Positions 9,009-19,195 are shown, counted from the stretch's first letter. The stretch is DNA of 55,043 nt from an uncultured Bacilli bacterium (GCA_947629035.1 CANRCE010000004.1:1-55043), one strand, 5' to 3'. The notes: generated by a model not told the origin, from the sequence alone. A program made the numbers and translations.

Positions 9009-10445
9009 CTATTCTACATCTATTGAATTATAAATATCAAACATTGGTATAACTATTGATAATAAAACTATACCAACAATTACAGCTAGTAAAATAATCA
9101 TAATTGGCTCAATTAAACTTTTAAGCTGTGTAATTAGATTTTTTTGTTCACCTTCATAATAATTAGCAACATTTTCCATCATTTCTCCTAGCCGACCTGT
9201 TCTCTCACCAGTTAAAAGCATCTCATACGCAATATCAGGAAAAGCCCATTGTCCTTTAAAAGCTGGAGACAAACCATTACCATTACTCAAATTAGTAATT
9301 GCATCATTTATTAAAACTTTATATATTTCATTATTAGTAACTCTACTTAACATCTCCATACTATCTGTAATAAATACATCATGTTTCATTAGTGATGAAA
9401 AAGTTTTAGTAAAAGTTATTACTTCTTTATAAATTAAAATATTACTAATAACTGGAATATGCATAAATATCCATTGAACTAAATATCTAAAACTTGTTAC
9501 ATTCTTATAAGTTAAAATTAAACCAATAGCTACAATAACAACAATAACTAAAATTATAACAATATTTTTATCTAAATAATCACTTAAATTCATAATAACT
9601 TTAGTAATTGCTGGTAAATCTGTACCCAATTGACCATAAATTTCAACAAATTGTGGCACTACATATAACATAATAAAAGTTAAAACAGCAATGGATATAA
9701 CAAATATAACACTAGGATAAGTAAGAGCACTTATAACTTGCTTTCGATTGGCGTCACTAGTTCGATAATAGTCAGCCATATCATCCAAAGTTTCAGGTAA
9801 ATCTCCTGTTAATTCTGAAGTTTTTAACATATTAACTAATAGTTTAGGAAAAACATTTCCTTGTTTAGCTAAAGCACTAGAAAAGGCAACACCTTTATTT
9901 AATTCATAAACAATTTTTTGATAAAGAAATTTATCTTTTTTCTTTTTAGCTTGTCTTTCTAAAATAATAACTGAATCAGTAAGAGGAATTCCTGATTTTA
10001 TATAGGTAGAAAGTTGAGTTAAGAAAAAAGCTAAATCTTTAAATCTCATTTTCCCATGACTACTTAAAGCAGCAAGTCCTAATGTTGTTGATAACTTATC
10101 TTCTTTTAATTCAATAATCTGATTACCTCGACTTATTAAAAATGATTCGGCTTCAACTTTACTTGGAGCATCAATTGTTGCTGAAACAACTTTATTTTCT
10201 TGAGTTTTTACCACATATTTAAATCGAATATTTTTAACTTCTTTATCAAGATCATTATTTACCTCATCATTATTAATATCAGCTAAAGCTGATGGACTTG
10301 CTAAATCCACCTTTTTTTTACTAATAACAATCTTTTCCCCTTTAGGTTTAGAAAAAGGCTTTGCAAGCAATGATATAACAGCATCGAATAATTTAAACAA
10401 CATCATAAAAGGCCATAATAATATATCTAGTATCATGCAATCCAC
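9009..10445 (-). CDS. pilC: Type IV pilus platform protein (PilC / T2SS-F family)
   Basis: 'QLSTYIKSGIPL', 'SELTGDL', 'ALTYP', 'GERTGRL', 'LIEPIMI'. Confidence 0.9.
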   Translation of the reverse strand: MDCMILDILLWPFMMLFKLFDAVISLLAKPFSKPKGEKIVISKKKVDLASPSALADINNDEVNNDLDKEVKNIRFKYVVKTQENKVVSATIDAPSKVEAESFLISRGNQIIELKEDKLSTTLGLAALSSHGKMRFKDLAFFLTQLSTYIKSGIPLTDSVIILERQAKKKKDKFLYQKIVYELNKGVAFSSALAKQGNVFPKLLVNMLKTSELTGDLPETLDDMADYYRTSDANRKQVISALTYPSVIFVISIAVLTFIMLYVVPQFVEIYGQLGTDLPAITKVIMNLSDYLDKNIVIILVIVVIVAIGLILTYKNVTSFRYLVQWIFMHIPVISNILIYKEVITFTKTFSSLMKHDVFITDSMEMLSRVTNNEIYKVLINDAITNLSNGNGLSPAFKGQWAFPDIAYEMLLTGERTGRLGEMMENVANYYEGEQKNLITQLKSLIEPIMIILLAVIVGIVLLSIVIPMFDIYNSIDVE

Positions 10446-10494
10446 CTCTATTCTCCACTAATATATAGTATAACATAATTTTATATTTTTTTTA

Positions 10495-10522
10495 ACACTT
10501 TTTTATAAAATTTCATATATTA
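10495..10522 (+). promoter_or_regulatory. SigK-type promoter of yqfQ
   Basis: ACAC, about 15-16 bp, CATATATTA. Confidence 0.55.
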
Positions 10523-10542
10523 TTTTAGGAAGGGGTACTAAT

Positions 10543-10950
10543 ATGTTTCAAAGAGGTTTTATGCCAATGCCAATGTATATGTCCAATATGGCTCCTGGCT
10601 TTATGGGTCTAGGAAGAGGTGGATTATTTAGATCATTGCGTGGAGGTACATCACTTTTTAGAGGAATAAATTGGGGTAGTTTATTTAATAACGCCTCTCG
10701 GGCCTTAGGTGTTGTAAATCAGGCTATTCCTCTTGTAAAACAGGCAGGTCCAATGTTTAATAATATGAAATCAATGTTAAAGTTAGCATCAATTTTTAAA
10801 GATGAAACTGATGATGACTATCGTAAAAATAAAGATAAAACTACCGTAAATAACAACAATATTGATAAGGAAGATAAAACTATTACATTAGATAATGATT
10901 CAAATACACAAATTCTTAATTATAATAATCAACCAAATTTCTTTATTTAA
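10543..10950 (+). CDS. yqfQ: VrrA/YqfQ family sporulation protein
   Basis: Met/Pro/Gly-rich N-terminus, 'NNASRALGVVNQAIPLVKQAGPMFNN', acidic tail, terminal 'PNFFI'. Confidence 0.75.
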   Translation: MFQRGFMPMPMYMSNMAPGFMGLGRGGLFRSLRGGTSLFRGINWGSLFNNASRALGVVNQAIPLVKQAGPMFNNMKSMLKLASIFKDETDDDYRKNKDKTTVNNNNIDKEDKTITLDNDSNTQILNYNNQPNFFI

Positions 10951-11006
10951 AAAAACACCAAATTTTTAGTTTATTCCATAATTGGAAAACACATTTGGTG
11001 TTTTTT
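10950..11006. terminator. Bidirectional terminator between yqfQ and alaS
   Basis: AAAAAACACCAAAT/ATTTGGTGTTTTTT stem with inner TTCCA/TGGAA. Confidence 0.75.
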
Positions 11007-11007
11007 T

Positions 11008-13701
11008 TTACATATTTTTTATTTTATCTTTAATTTCACCTAAATAGATAGCAATATCATGAGCATCACTTCCTCCACCTTGAGCAAATGATTTATTTCC
11101 TCCTCCATTACCATGACACTTAATAGCAAGTTCTTTAATAATTGCTCCACAATCAATTTTATCACTTTTGCTTTTACAAATCATATTAACATTATTACCA
11201 CTAACATTAGCAATTAAGATAAAAGCATTATTAAGTTGATTAGCTAATGCATCAACAATTTGTTTTAAAATACTTATTTCATAATCTTTAGTAATAGTAA
11301 TAATGACATCAATACCATTTATTTGTTCTTTCGTAGCTAAAAATATACTTAAATTTCCTATTGATTTAGATGATTTTTCTCTCAAATAATCTTTTTCTAA
11401 TTTTTTTAATTGTTCCTTTAAAACATCTAAATCATCTTTTACCGTAATAATATCTTTATAACTTGTTAAAGAATAATCATTTTTCTTAAAATCAAATGTT
11501 AATTTAATATCTAGATTATTTGCTTCTTCAATTATTTTTTTTGCCTTACTCAATAACTTATCTCTTTCAATGATATATGGCTTAATAGCTATTTGTAACA
11601 TAGGCTCAATATTAATATCTGTTGCCCCTTCGATACGATAAGTATCTGCTCCTTTATTTTCAAGAGAAATAATTGCCATCTTATTTATATCTTTAGTATT
11701 TTTAACATGAGTACCACCACATAGCTCAATTGAATCTGCTATAGTTACAGTTCTTACAATATCACCATACTTATCTTCAAATAAAGCCATTGCTCCTTTT
11801 TTCCTAGCTTCTTCTAATGGTAAAAATTCAATTACTGTATCTTTTTTCATATTTATTCTTTCATTCGTTCTATCTTCAATTTGAAGAAGTAATAAATCAG
11901 ATAAACGACCATGATAAGTAAAATCAAATCTAAAAGTTTTTTCATCTACTCTAGAGCCTGCTTGATGAACATTATTACCTAAAAATTCTTGTAGAGTTTT
12001 CTGTAAAAGATGAACACAAGAATGATTTTGCATAATAGCCTCTCTTCTTTCCCGAAAAACAGAAGCCTCTACTTTATCACCTTTTCTTATAATACCATCT
12101 AAAACTTTTGCTTTAAGTAAATGTTGATGATTTGGAGCTTTTATAACATCCGTTACTTGAACCGTTGCAAAATCATTTTTTAAACTACCAATATCACTTA
12201 CTTGTCCACCTGATTCAGCATAAAAAGGATTTTCTCTTAATACAACATAACATTCATCATTTGCTGTATCTACTAAAGCATTATTTTCAAAAATAGAAAC
12301 TATTTCTGTAGTAACAGTCAATGTATCATAACCAACAAAATTACTTTCCTCTTTATAATTAAGTAATAATTCATTTTGTAAATTCATACTATTTTCTACT
12401 TTACGATTAGCTCTTGCCATTTCTTTTTGTGCTTCCATATACTTTTTAAAACCTAAAACATCCACCGTAAATCCTTTTTCTTCACAAGCTTCCATTGTAA
12501 GTTCAATCGGATAACCATATGTATCATATAATTTAAAAGCATCTTCGGCAGTTATTTCATTATTTAAAGATGTTTTAAATAATTCTTCTAATCTTTTTTC
12601 ACCAGAAATTAATGTTTTTTGAAATAATTCTTCTTCTTTAGTAATCTGTGTTTTAATATAATTACTATTATCAATTAATTCAGGATAAATACTTCCATAT
12701 TTTTCAATAACAACATCTGCTAATTCACTTAAAAAAGAACGATTTATTTCAAGTTTTCTTCCCATTCTAACAGCTCTTCGAAGAATTCTTCTTAAAACAT
12801 AACCTCTACCATAATTTTCAAAAGTTGCCTTGTCTGCTAAAGCAAAAGTAAGAGCCCGAATATGATCTACAATAACTTTATATTCCATTTTACCATTATA
12901 AGGAATATGAGATATTTCTTCAAGTTTTTCAATAATAGGCATAAATAAATCAGTTTCATAATTAGTAGGTTTATCTTGTAAAATACAAGCCATTCGCTCT
13001 ACACCCATACCTGTATCAATATTTTTACTAGGTAATTCATCATAATTTTCTCTTTTAACACCTGCTTTAGCATTATACTGACTAAATACATTATTCCATA
13101 TTTCAATATAACGATCGTTTTCAATTTCATTCTTTAATAAATTAATACCTAATTTTTCCTTATCATATTTTTCACCACGATCATAAAATATCTCACTATC
13201 AGGCCCAGATGGTCCTTCACCTATTTCCCAAAAATTACCCTCTAATTTTATTATATGACTATCATCTACTCCAAGTGATTTCCATATTTCATAAGCTTCT
13301 TTATCAGTTGGATATACAGTCATATAAAGCTTATTTTTATCAATATCAAAATATTTAGGACTAGTAAGTAATTCAAAAGCCCAAGTTAATGCCTCTTTTT
13401 TAAAATAATCACCAATAGAAAAGTTACCTAACATTTGAAAGAAAGTATGATGCCTTGCTGTCTTACCAACACTTTCGATATCCCCTGTTCTAATACATTT
13501 TTGGACACTTACTAACCTTTTATTTGAAGGAACTACACTTCCATCAAAATATTTTTTTAAAGGCGTAACTCCAGCATTTATCCATAAAATAGAAGGATCA
13601 TCATGAGGAATTAATGAAGAAGATTCTATCCTAGTGTGACCTTTTTCAATAAAAAAATTAATATAAGTATTTATTATTTCTTCACCAGTTAATTTTTTCA
13701 T
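11008..13701 (-). CDS. alaS: Alanine--tRNA ligase
   Basis: 'INAGV', 'RHHTFFQMLGNFS', 'YDTYGYP', 'ELCGGTHV', DHHA1 'GNGGG'. Confidence 0.97.
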   Translation of the reverse strand: MKKLTGEEIINTYINFFIEKGHTRIESSSLIPHDDPSILWINAGVTPLKKYFDGSVVPSNKRLVSVQKCIRTGDIESVGKTARHHTFFQMLGNFSIGDYFKKEALTWAFELLTSPKYFDIDKNKLYMTVYPTDKEAYEIWKSLGVDDSHIIKLEGNFWEIGEGPSGPDSEIFYDRGEKYDKEKLGINLLKNEIENDRYIEIWNNVFSQYNAKAGVKRENYDELPSKNIDTGMGVERMACILQDKPTNYETDLFMPIIEKLEEISHIPYNGKMEYKVIVDHIRALTFALADKATFENYGRGYVLRRILRRAVRMGRKLEINRSFLSELADVVIEKYGSIYPELIDNSNYIKTQITKEEELFQKTLISGEKRLEELFKTSLNNEITAEDAFKLYDTYGYPIELTMEACEEKGFTVDVLGFKKYMEAQKEMARANRKVENSMNLQNELLLNYKEESNFVGYDTLTVTTEIVSIFENNALVDTANDECYVVLRENPFYAESGGQVSDIGSLKNDFATVQVTDVIKAPNHQHLLKAKVLDGIIRKGDKVEASVFRERREAIMQNHSCVHLLQKTLQEFLGNNVHQAGSRVDEKTFRFDFTYHGRLSDLLLLQIEDRTNERINMKKDTVIEFLPLEEARKKGAMALFEDKYGDIVRTVTIADSIELCGGTHVKNTKDINKMAIISLENKGADTYRIEGATDINIEPMLQIAIKPYIIERDKLLSKAKKIIEEANNLDIKLTFDFKKNDYSLTSYKDIITVKDDLDVLKEQLKKLEKDYLREKSSKSIGNLSIFLATKEQINGIDVIITITKDYEISILKQIVDALANQLNNAFILIANVSGNNVNMICKSKSDKIDCGAIIKELAIKCHGNGGGNKSFAQGGGSDAHDIAIYLGEIKDKIKNM

Positions 13702-14256
13702 CTAGCCTACCTCCTTATAAATTTCTAAAACATCAGCTTTTAACTTCTCTAATGTAGTATTAATTATTTTATAATCATAATCATCATAACTATCCATTGC
13801 TGTCTCGGTAATATGTTTTTTCTCATCACTAGTTAAATCATTTTCAAAATTAATACGATTTACATGAATAGTTACAACATTATCAAATTTTTCTTTAACA
13901 CCATAAATTTCTCTAGGTAATCTAATATCAGGTACAATAATAGCATCGTAAAAATATGAATATATTTCTATATCATCATTTTGTCTTTCAATAAACATCT
14001 CCGATTTATTTAATTTATTTCTAATTATATCTGTACCTAACTGTTGTAAAATTTCTCGGGGTTTAGTCTGTTCACTACCATCCCAGTCAGTCATCTCTTG
14101 AGCATAAAATTTAATATATTTACTTGCTCGTGAAATAATTACTTTTTTACCATCTTTTTCATAAAATTCTTTAAGATAACTCGCAATAGTATCTTTACCA
14201 TGACGGGCCTTACCCGAAATTAAATATATTTTAGGATTTTTAAATACAGCTTCCAT
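13702..14256 (-). CDS. P-loop NMP kinase resembling phage-type dNMP kinases / animal-type phosphomevalonate kinases
   Basis: 'ISGKARHGKDT' P-loop, 'REILQQLGT', 'VPDIRLPRE', 'HITETAMD...DYKIIN'. Confidence 0.65.
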   Translation of the reverse strand: MEAVFKNPKIYLISGKARHGKDTIASYLKEFYEKDGKKVIISRASKYIKFYAQEMTDWDGSEQTKPREILQQLGTDIIRNKLNKSEMFIERQNDDIEIYSYFYDAIIVPDIRLPREIYGVKEKFDNVVTIHVNRINFENDLTSDEKKHITETAMDSYDDYDYKIINTTLEKLKADVLEIYKEVG

Positions 14257-14339
14257 GATTCCTCCTTATTTAAAAACTACAAAATCGGCTTTTTTAAAAA
14301 AGTAATTTTGCAGTTTAAATATATAACCTACATTACTAA

Positions 14340-14984
14340 TTAATCAATTTGAGGTGTAGTTTCATCTCCGATTTGATTTTCTTCTGCACTTGGCTGTTCA
14401 GATGCATTTGAATTTACACTAAATGGTTCATCAGATGAAATAGCTGAATCTTGAACCTCATTTGTCGTAGATGTTTCACTTGCTACACCATCAGTTGTAA
14501 GAGTTGCAGTAAATGTCTTTCCAATTTGTGAATTTGGAGTATTCCAAGCTAACCAAACTCTAATTTTTATTTCTGTACTAGCTTTTGGAGCTAATGTAAG
14601 TCCTTTTTTAATAACATTAGAACTTAAACTATTATATGATACTGGTTCATCACCATCAACCATTACTTTAATATATTGAGAATCAAAATTAGAGCCTTCT
14701 TTAGCTAACATTTTTACATCAAAAGTATAAGTTAAATTACCATTATTGGTTATACTATAAGTATAAACTTGACTTTGCTTACCAGCATCGTCTTTCATAG
14801 GAAAAGTATTCGTTAGCGATATATCACCACTATCCGATGTTTTCTCAATTTTTAATAGACCTGTTTTATAACTAGAATCCTTTTCTGATTTATCTACTTT
14901 AAAAAACAAAGCATAAGTTGTACCAACAACAACTGCTATAATTAAAATAATTGTAGCAATTAATATCACTATCTTTTTATTCAT
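14340..14984 (-). CDS. Secreted protein with SipW-class signal peptide (TasA/CalY-like)
   Basis: Hydrophobic helix ending 'GTTYALF'; beta-rich body 'YSITNNGN', 'IRVWL'; acidic tail. Confidence 0.65.
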   Translation of the reverse strand: MNKKIVILIATIILIIAVVVGTTYALFFKVDKSEKDSSYKTGLLKIEKTSDSGDISLTNTFPMKDDAGKQSQVYTYSITNNGNLTYTFDVKMLAKEGSNFDSQYIKVMVDGDEPVSYNSLSSNVIKKGLTLAPKASTEIKIRVWLAWNTPNSQIGKTFTATLTTDGVASETSTTNEVQDSAISSDEPFSVNSNASEQPSAEENQIGDETTPQID

Positions 14985-15089
14985 TTTATCACTCGACTTT
15001 CTTATAAGATAATTATATAATATTTTTTTTTCATTGTAAATAACATTTTTTGCTTTTTACATTGTTAAAATAAATTTTATAGTAATTGT

Positions 15090-16337
15090 TTAGTTTTTTT
15101 TAATTTTATTTATTTTAGCAATTATATCCTGATGTTCTTTACTTCCTATTACTTCTTTAGAAGTTGTTTTGGTATTAGTTAAGTTATTTTCTTTTAATAG
15201 TAATATTCTCATTACAGCTTCATCTATTTGTTTTTCGGTAATTTTGTTATCTTGGATTAATTTTTTTATTGTCTTTACAATTTCTTGAGGATTATTTGGC
15301 ATTAATAATAAATCCACTTTAGCATTAATTAATTTTTCACACATTTCTTCCATTGAATAATTATCAGTAATAGCTTTCATATTTAAAGCATCGGTTATTA
15401 CAACACCATTGAATCCTAACTCATCACGAAGCATTTCTGATACAATTTTTTTTGATAAAGATGCAGGCTCATCACTATTAGTAATATTAGGAAGTGCTAA
15501 ATGTCCTATCATAATAACTTCAGCATTATTTTTAATTGCTTCAATATAAGGTTTTAGTTCTAATTCATATAATTGTTCTTTTGTTTTATTAATAATTGGT
15601 AATTCATAATGAGAATCAACACTAGTATCACCATGACCTGGAAAATGCTTATATACTGCTATTACACCACTATCTTTTAAGCCATTAGCTAAAGGAATAG
15701 CCATTTTTATTACCGTTTTTTCATCATTTCCAAATGATCTTGTTCCAATAACGGTATTGTCTTTATTAGAGTAAATATCAACGACCGGAGCAAAATCTAG
15801 ATTAATTCCAAAAGCATTAAGTTCACTTCCTATTACACTTCCAACATCATAGGCTAGTTTTTCATCATTAGTTTTTCCTAAATCATACATGGAAGGTATT
15901 TCTAAAACATTAGCATCAGATAAATTTTTTATTCTTTGAACTTTTCCTCCCTCTTGATCAATTCCTATGAGCATTGGAATAGTACTACTTTTTTTAATAT
16001 CAGAAATTAGTTTAGTAGTTTTTTCATAAGTTGTAATGTTGTCTTTAAATAAGATAACTCCACCTGGTTTTACTTCTTTTAATAAATTTTCTAAAGCCTC
16101 ATCATAAGAACTTGAGGAAGTAGCAACGATAATCATCTGTCCTATTTTGTCTTCTAAAGTCATACTATTTAATAATTCTTCTACTTTGTTGATAGTAACA
16201 TCAATATCATTTTCAGAAACCTCTTCTTCATCTAAAATAGGTTTTTCTACTTCTTTATTATTGTTATTATTAAAAAAGTAGATAAAGAAAATACCTAAAA
16301 TTAAGATACTACTTAATACTATCAATATTTTTTTCAT
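15090..16337 (-). CDS. Membrane-anchored GH3 beta-N-acetylhexosaminidase (NagZ-like)
   Basis: 'DQEGGKV', 'FAPVVD', 'KHFPGHG...DSH', 'ITDALNM'; N-terminal TM. Confidence 0.88.
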   Translation of the reverse strand: MKKILIVLSSILILGIFFIYFFNNNNNKEVEKPILDEEEVSENDIDVTINKVEELLNSMTLEDKIGQMIIVATSSSSYDEALENLLKEVKPGGVILFKDNITTYEKTTKLISDIKKSSTIPMLIGIDQEGGKVQRIKNLSDANVLEIPSMYDLGKTNDEKLAYDVGSVIGSELNAFGINLDFAPVVDIYSNKDNTVIGTRSFGNDEKTVIKMAIPLANGLKDSGVIAVYKHFPGHGDTSVDSHYELPIINKTKEQLYELELKPYIEAIKNNAEVIMIGHLALPNITNSDEPASLSKKIVSEMLRDELGFNGVVITDALNMKAITDNYSMEEMCEKLINAKVDLLLMPNNPQEIVKTIKKLIQDNKITEKQIDEAVMRILLLKENNLTNTKTTSKEVIGSKEHQDIIAKINKIKKN

Positions 16338-16349
16338 AAAAATTTCGCC

Positions 16350-16859
16350 TCACTTAAAATAAATATTATTAATTTTTTCATAACCTAAATTTGTAGTGTT
16401 TCCATGTCCTGGATAAATAGTAATATCATCAGGATATTTTTTTATTTTTAAAATTGATGTTTTCATTTGTTCATAATCCCCTGTTTCAAAGTCCCATCTT
16501 CCCACTGTTTTTTCAAAAAGAAAGTCTCCTGTAAACATAACTTTATCATTTTTAAAATAATAAGTTACGCTATCAGTAGTATGTCCATAAGTTTTTATTA
16601 TTTCAAATTTAAAAGGACCTATTTCATATTCTTTTTCCCCTAAATTATTATCATAAATAGGACAATCAAAGTAATCTAATGCACCAATATGATCAGGATG
16701 ATAATGAGTAATCAAAATAGCAAGTAAGTTTTTATCTTTTAATTTTTCCTTTATATAGTCACCTTCACTAGCAGGATCAATCAATAAGGCACTATTATCT
16801 TTTGATAAAATATAACAATTAGTTTGTAAATCTCCTAGCTTTAGAATTTCTATTTTCAT
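16350..16859 (-). CDS. MBL-fold metallo-hydrolase (glyoxalase II/YqgX-like)
   Basis: 'THYHPDHIG', 'GHT', 'FTGDFLF', 'PGHG'. Confidence 0.88.
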   Translation of the reverse strand: MKIEILKLGDLQTNCYILSKDNSALLIDPASEGDYIKEKLKDKNLLAILITHYHPDHIGALDYFDCPIYDNNLGEKEYEIGPFKFEIIKTYGHTTDSVTYYFKNDKVMFTGDFLFEKTVGRWDFETGDYEQMKTSILKIKKYPDDITIYPGHGNTTNLGYEKINNIYFK

Positions 16860-16872
16860 CTATCTTACCTAC

Positions 16873-16897
16873 TTTCATTATTATTGTAACATATTTT
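16873..16897. repeat. 25-bp direct repeat, copy 1 (extended -10 promoter region)
   Basis: tttcattattattgtaacatatttt, identical to 19115-19139. Confidence 0.85.
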
Positions 16898-16940
16898 TTA
16901 TTAAAATAGTGTCATAAAATGTAAAGTTTTTCTATTTACT

Positions 16941-16969
16941 TTGACAATTATAATTTATTGTATTAAAAT
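16941..16969 (+). promoter_or_regulatory. SigA promoter of orphan gene
   Basis: TTGACA, 17 bp, TAAAAT. Confidence 0.7.
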
Positions 16970-16994
16970 TAAATTAGAAAGAAGGTAAACTTTT

Positions 16995-17507
16995 ATGGAA
17001 GATAATAATAATAAAAATAATAATGATATTGATTCAACCCTAAATTATGTTAAAAAAGAACAAAATAAAATTAGAGAACAAAGAAAGTATGTAGCTTGTC
17101 GTGAAGAAAGTGAAATTCGTTTTAACAAAGCTTTAGCAAAAATTGATAAAGAAAATTTTAAATGGAAAATGATTGGTTGGGGATGTCTTCTTGGAACAGT
17201 TATTCTAGGATTATCTATCGCAGCTCATGATGGTCCTGATTACGAAGCATTCAAAAGTGGCATAGTAAAACTTGGTTTATGTTGCGTTACACTTCCTACA
17301 TATCTTGCTTCTAGACATATCGAAGGAATGCTTTCAATAATCAAAGACATTTATTACAAGTTAAAAATAAAAGCTTTACAAGAAGGAAGAATAGTAAGTA
17401 ACGAAGAATTTAAAATGATTGAAAATAAAATCGTAAGTTCATGGAATGATTTGTCAAGAGCCCAACTTTATGATTTACAAGATGATTTGCGTGGAAGAGG
17501 TAGATAA
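16995..17507 (+). CDS. Hypothetical membrane protein
   Basis: 170 aa, two hydrophobic segments, GAAGG RBS, own promoter and terminator. Confidence 0.75.
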   Translation: MEDNNNKNNNDIDSTLNYVKKEQNKIREQRKYVACREESEIRFNKALAKIDKENFKWKMIGWGCLLGTVILGLSIAAHDGPDYEAFKSGIVKLGLCCVTLPTYLASRHIEGMLSIIKDIYYKLKIKALQEGRIVSNEEFKMIENKIVSSWNDLSRAQLYDLQDDLRGRGR

Positions 17508-17519
17508 CCCTCTTTTTTT
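17495..17519 (+). terminator. Intrinsic terminator overlapping stop codon
   Basis: AAGAGG/CCTCTT stem followed by T-run. Confidence 0.6.
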
Positions 17520-17537
17520 AAAAGGAAAGGATAATCA

Positions 17538-18191
17538 ATGAAAAGATTTAAAATAATAATCATTATATTAATTTTATTAACATTAATAATTAATTTTGTT
17601 ATGCTTGATTATTACGGATTTATTCCTAAAAAAGTATATTATGATGATGATTTTAATATAAAAAGAATAGTTAGTGATATTGATTATGATAATGATGGTA
17701 TAGATGACTATAGTGATATATTAAACGGAGCAATAGCTTATATAAAAACCAAACCTAAATATAAATCAGAATATTATGAAGGTGGATATCCACCATCAAA
17801 AATTGGCGTTTGTACTGATGTTATCTGGTATGCTTTAAATAATGCAGGTTATAATTTAAAAGAATTGGTGGATAATGATATTAAAAATAATAAAGAAAAA
17901 TACGATATAGAAATACCAGATCCTAATATTGACTTTCGAAGAGTTAAAAATTTAAATGTCTTTTTTAAAGAAAATACTATCAATCTTACAATTGATCTTA
18001 ATGATATTGCTTCTTTTCAAGCTGGTGATATCGTTGTATTTGAAAATCATATTGCCATTTTATCTGATAAAAGAAATAAAAAAGGCATCCCCTATCTTAT
18101 TCATCATGGTGGAATAAGATATGAAGAAGATGCTATTTCAAGATATAAATTAATTGGACATTATCGTTTTAAACTAATAAATCAAACTTAA
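17538..18191 (+). CDS. DUF1287 (YijF-like) protein with N-terminal TM
   Basis: 'YYEGGYP..GVCTDV', 'DPNIDFRRVKNL', 'GDIVVF..HIAI'. Confidence 0.85.
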   Translation: MKRFKIIIIILILLTLIINFVMLDYYGFIPKKVYYDDDFNIKRIVSDIDYDNDGIDDYSDILNGAIAYIKTKPKYKSEYYEGGYPPSKIGVCTDVIWYALNNAGYNLKELVDNDIKNNKEKYDIEIPDPNIDFRRVKNLNVFFKENTINLTIDLNDIASFQAGDIVVFENHIAILSDKRNKKGIPYLIHHGGIRYEEDAISRYKLIGHYRFKLINQT

Positions 18192-18193
18192 AT

Positions 18194-19102
18194 TTAAGTT
18201 TGATTTGCTTTTCTAATATTTAAAATCATATCTTTATCAAATTCTTTATTTCTAATCATTGCAATTTCTTCTTTATATGGAGGATATATTCTTTCTTTAG
18301 AATTATCATCATAAGTTATATATGGTGTTTCTAATATTTTAGGTATATTTTGAAGTTTTTCATGATAAATTATTTTTAATAAATTATTAAAACCTAAATA
18401 ACCAAAGCCAATATTTTCATGGCGATCTTTATGTGATCCTCTTTCATTCTTACTATCATTTATATGAAGACATTTTAATTTATCTAGTCCTATCTTTTTA
18501 TCAAATTCTAATAAAACTTCATCAAAATTACTAATATCATAACCAGCATCACTAATATGACAAGTATCTAGACAAACTCCTAATTTAGAAGAAGATACAC
18601 CATTTATAATCGTAGCTAATTCCTCAAAATCTCTACCTATTTCATTACCTTTACCTGCCATTGTTTCTAATAAAATCATAACATCATAGTTAGTATCTAA
18701 AATAAGTTTTAATCCTCTTATAATATTAGATATCGCAATATCACGAGTAACATTGACAGCACTTCCAGGATGAAGAACTAAATATTTTATTCCAAGTAAA
18801 CTACAACGCTCTGTTTCATTAATAAGAAATGATACTGAAAAATCAAAATTATTACTATTTGCTAAATTAACTATATAAGGTGCATGTACAATAATATTAG
18901 CTAAATCAATATTATTTTCCCTCATTAATTTATAAGCCTCTAAAGTTAGGGCATCATTTATTTGTCCACGATTAGTATTTTGAGGAGCTCCTGTATAAAA
19001 CATAAAAGTATTAGCATTATAACTTAAAGCCTCTTTTACACTTCCTAAAAGTTGAGTATCATTTTTAAATGATACATGACTTCCTATAATTAATTCTTTC
19101 AT
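18194..19102 (-). CDS. nfo: Endonuclease IV
   Basis: 'IGSHVS', 'HAPYIVN', 'ETMAGKG', 'DTCH', 'HINDSKN..KDRH', 'ILETP'. Confidence 0.96.
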   Translation of the reverse strand: MKELIIGSHVSFKNDTQLLGSVKEALSYNANTFMFYTGAPQNTNRGQINDALTLEAYKLMRENNIDLANIIVHAPYIVNLANSNNFDFSVSFLINETERCSLLGIKYLVLHPGSAVNVTRDIAISNIIRGLKLILDTNYDVMILLETMAGKGNEIGRDFEELATIINGVSSSKLGVCLDTCHISDAGYDISNFDEVLLEFDKKIGLDKLKCLHINDSKNERGSHKDRHENIGFGYLGFNNLLKIIYHEKLQNIPKILETPYITYDDNSKERIYPPYKEEIAMIRNKEFDKDMILNIRKANQT

Positions 19103-19114
19103 TTACCTACCTCA

Positions 19115-19139
19115 TTTCATTATTATTGTAACATATTTT
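19115..19139. repeat. 25-bp direct repeat, copy 2
   Basis: Identical to 16873-16897. Confidence 0.85.
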
Positions 19140-19148
19140 AAGCAAAAG

Positions 19149-19167
19149 AAAAAGCGAATTTTCGCTT
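19149..19167 (-). terminator. Terminator after pilin gene
   Basis: AAGCGAA/TTCGCTT stem with T-run on minus strand. Confidence 0.65.
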
Positions 19168-19195
19168 AATTTTATTATTCACAATTTCCCATTAA

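Noticed and set aside
14257-14339. Possible T-box leader for alaS
   Set aside because: Only 83 bp with one hairpin; no AAGGTGGTACC-like T-box sequence
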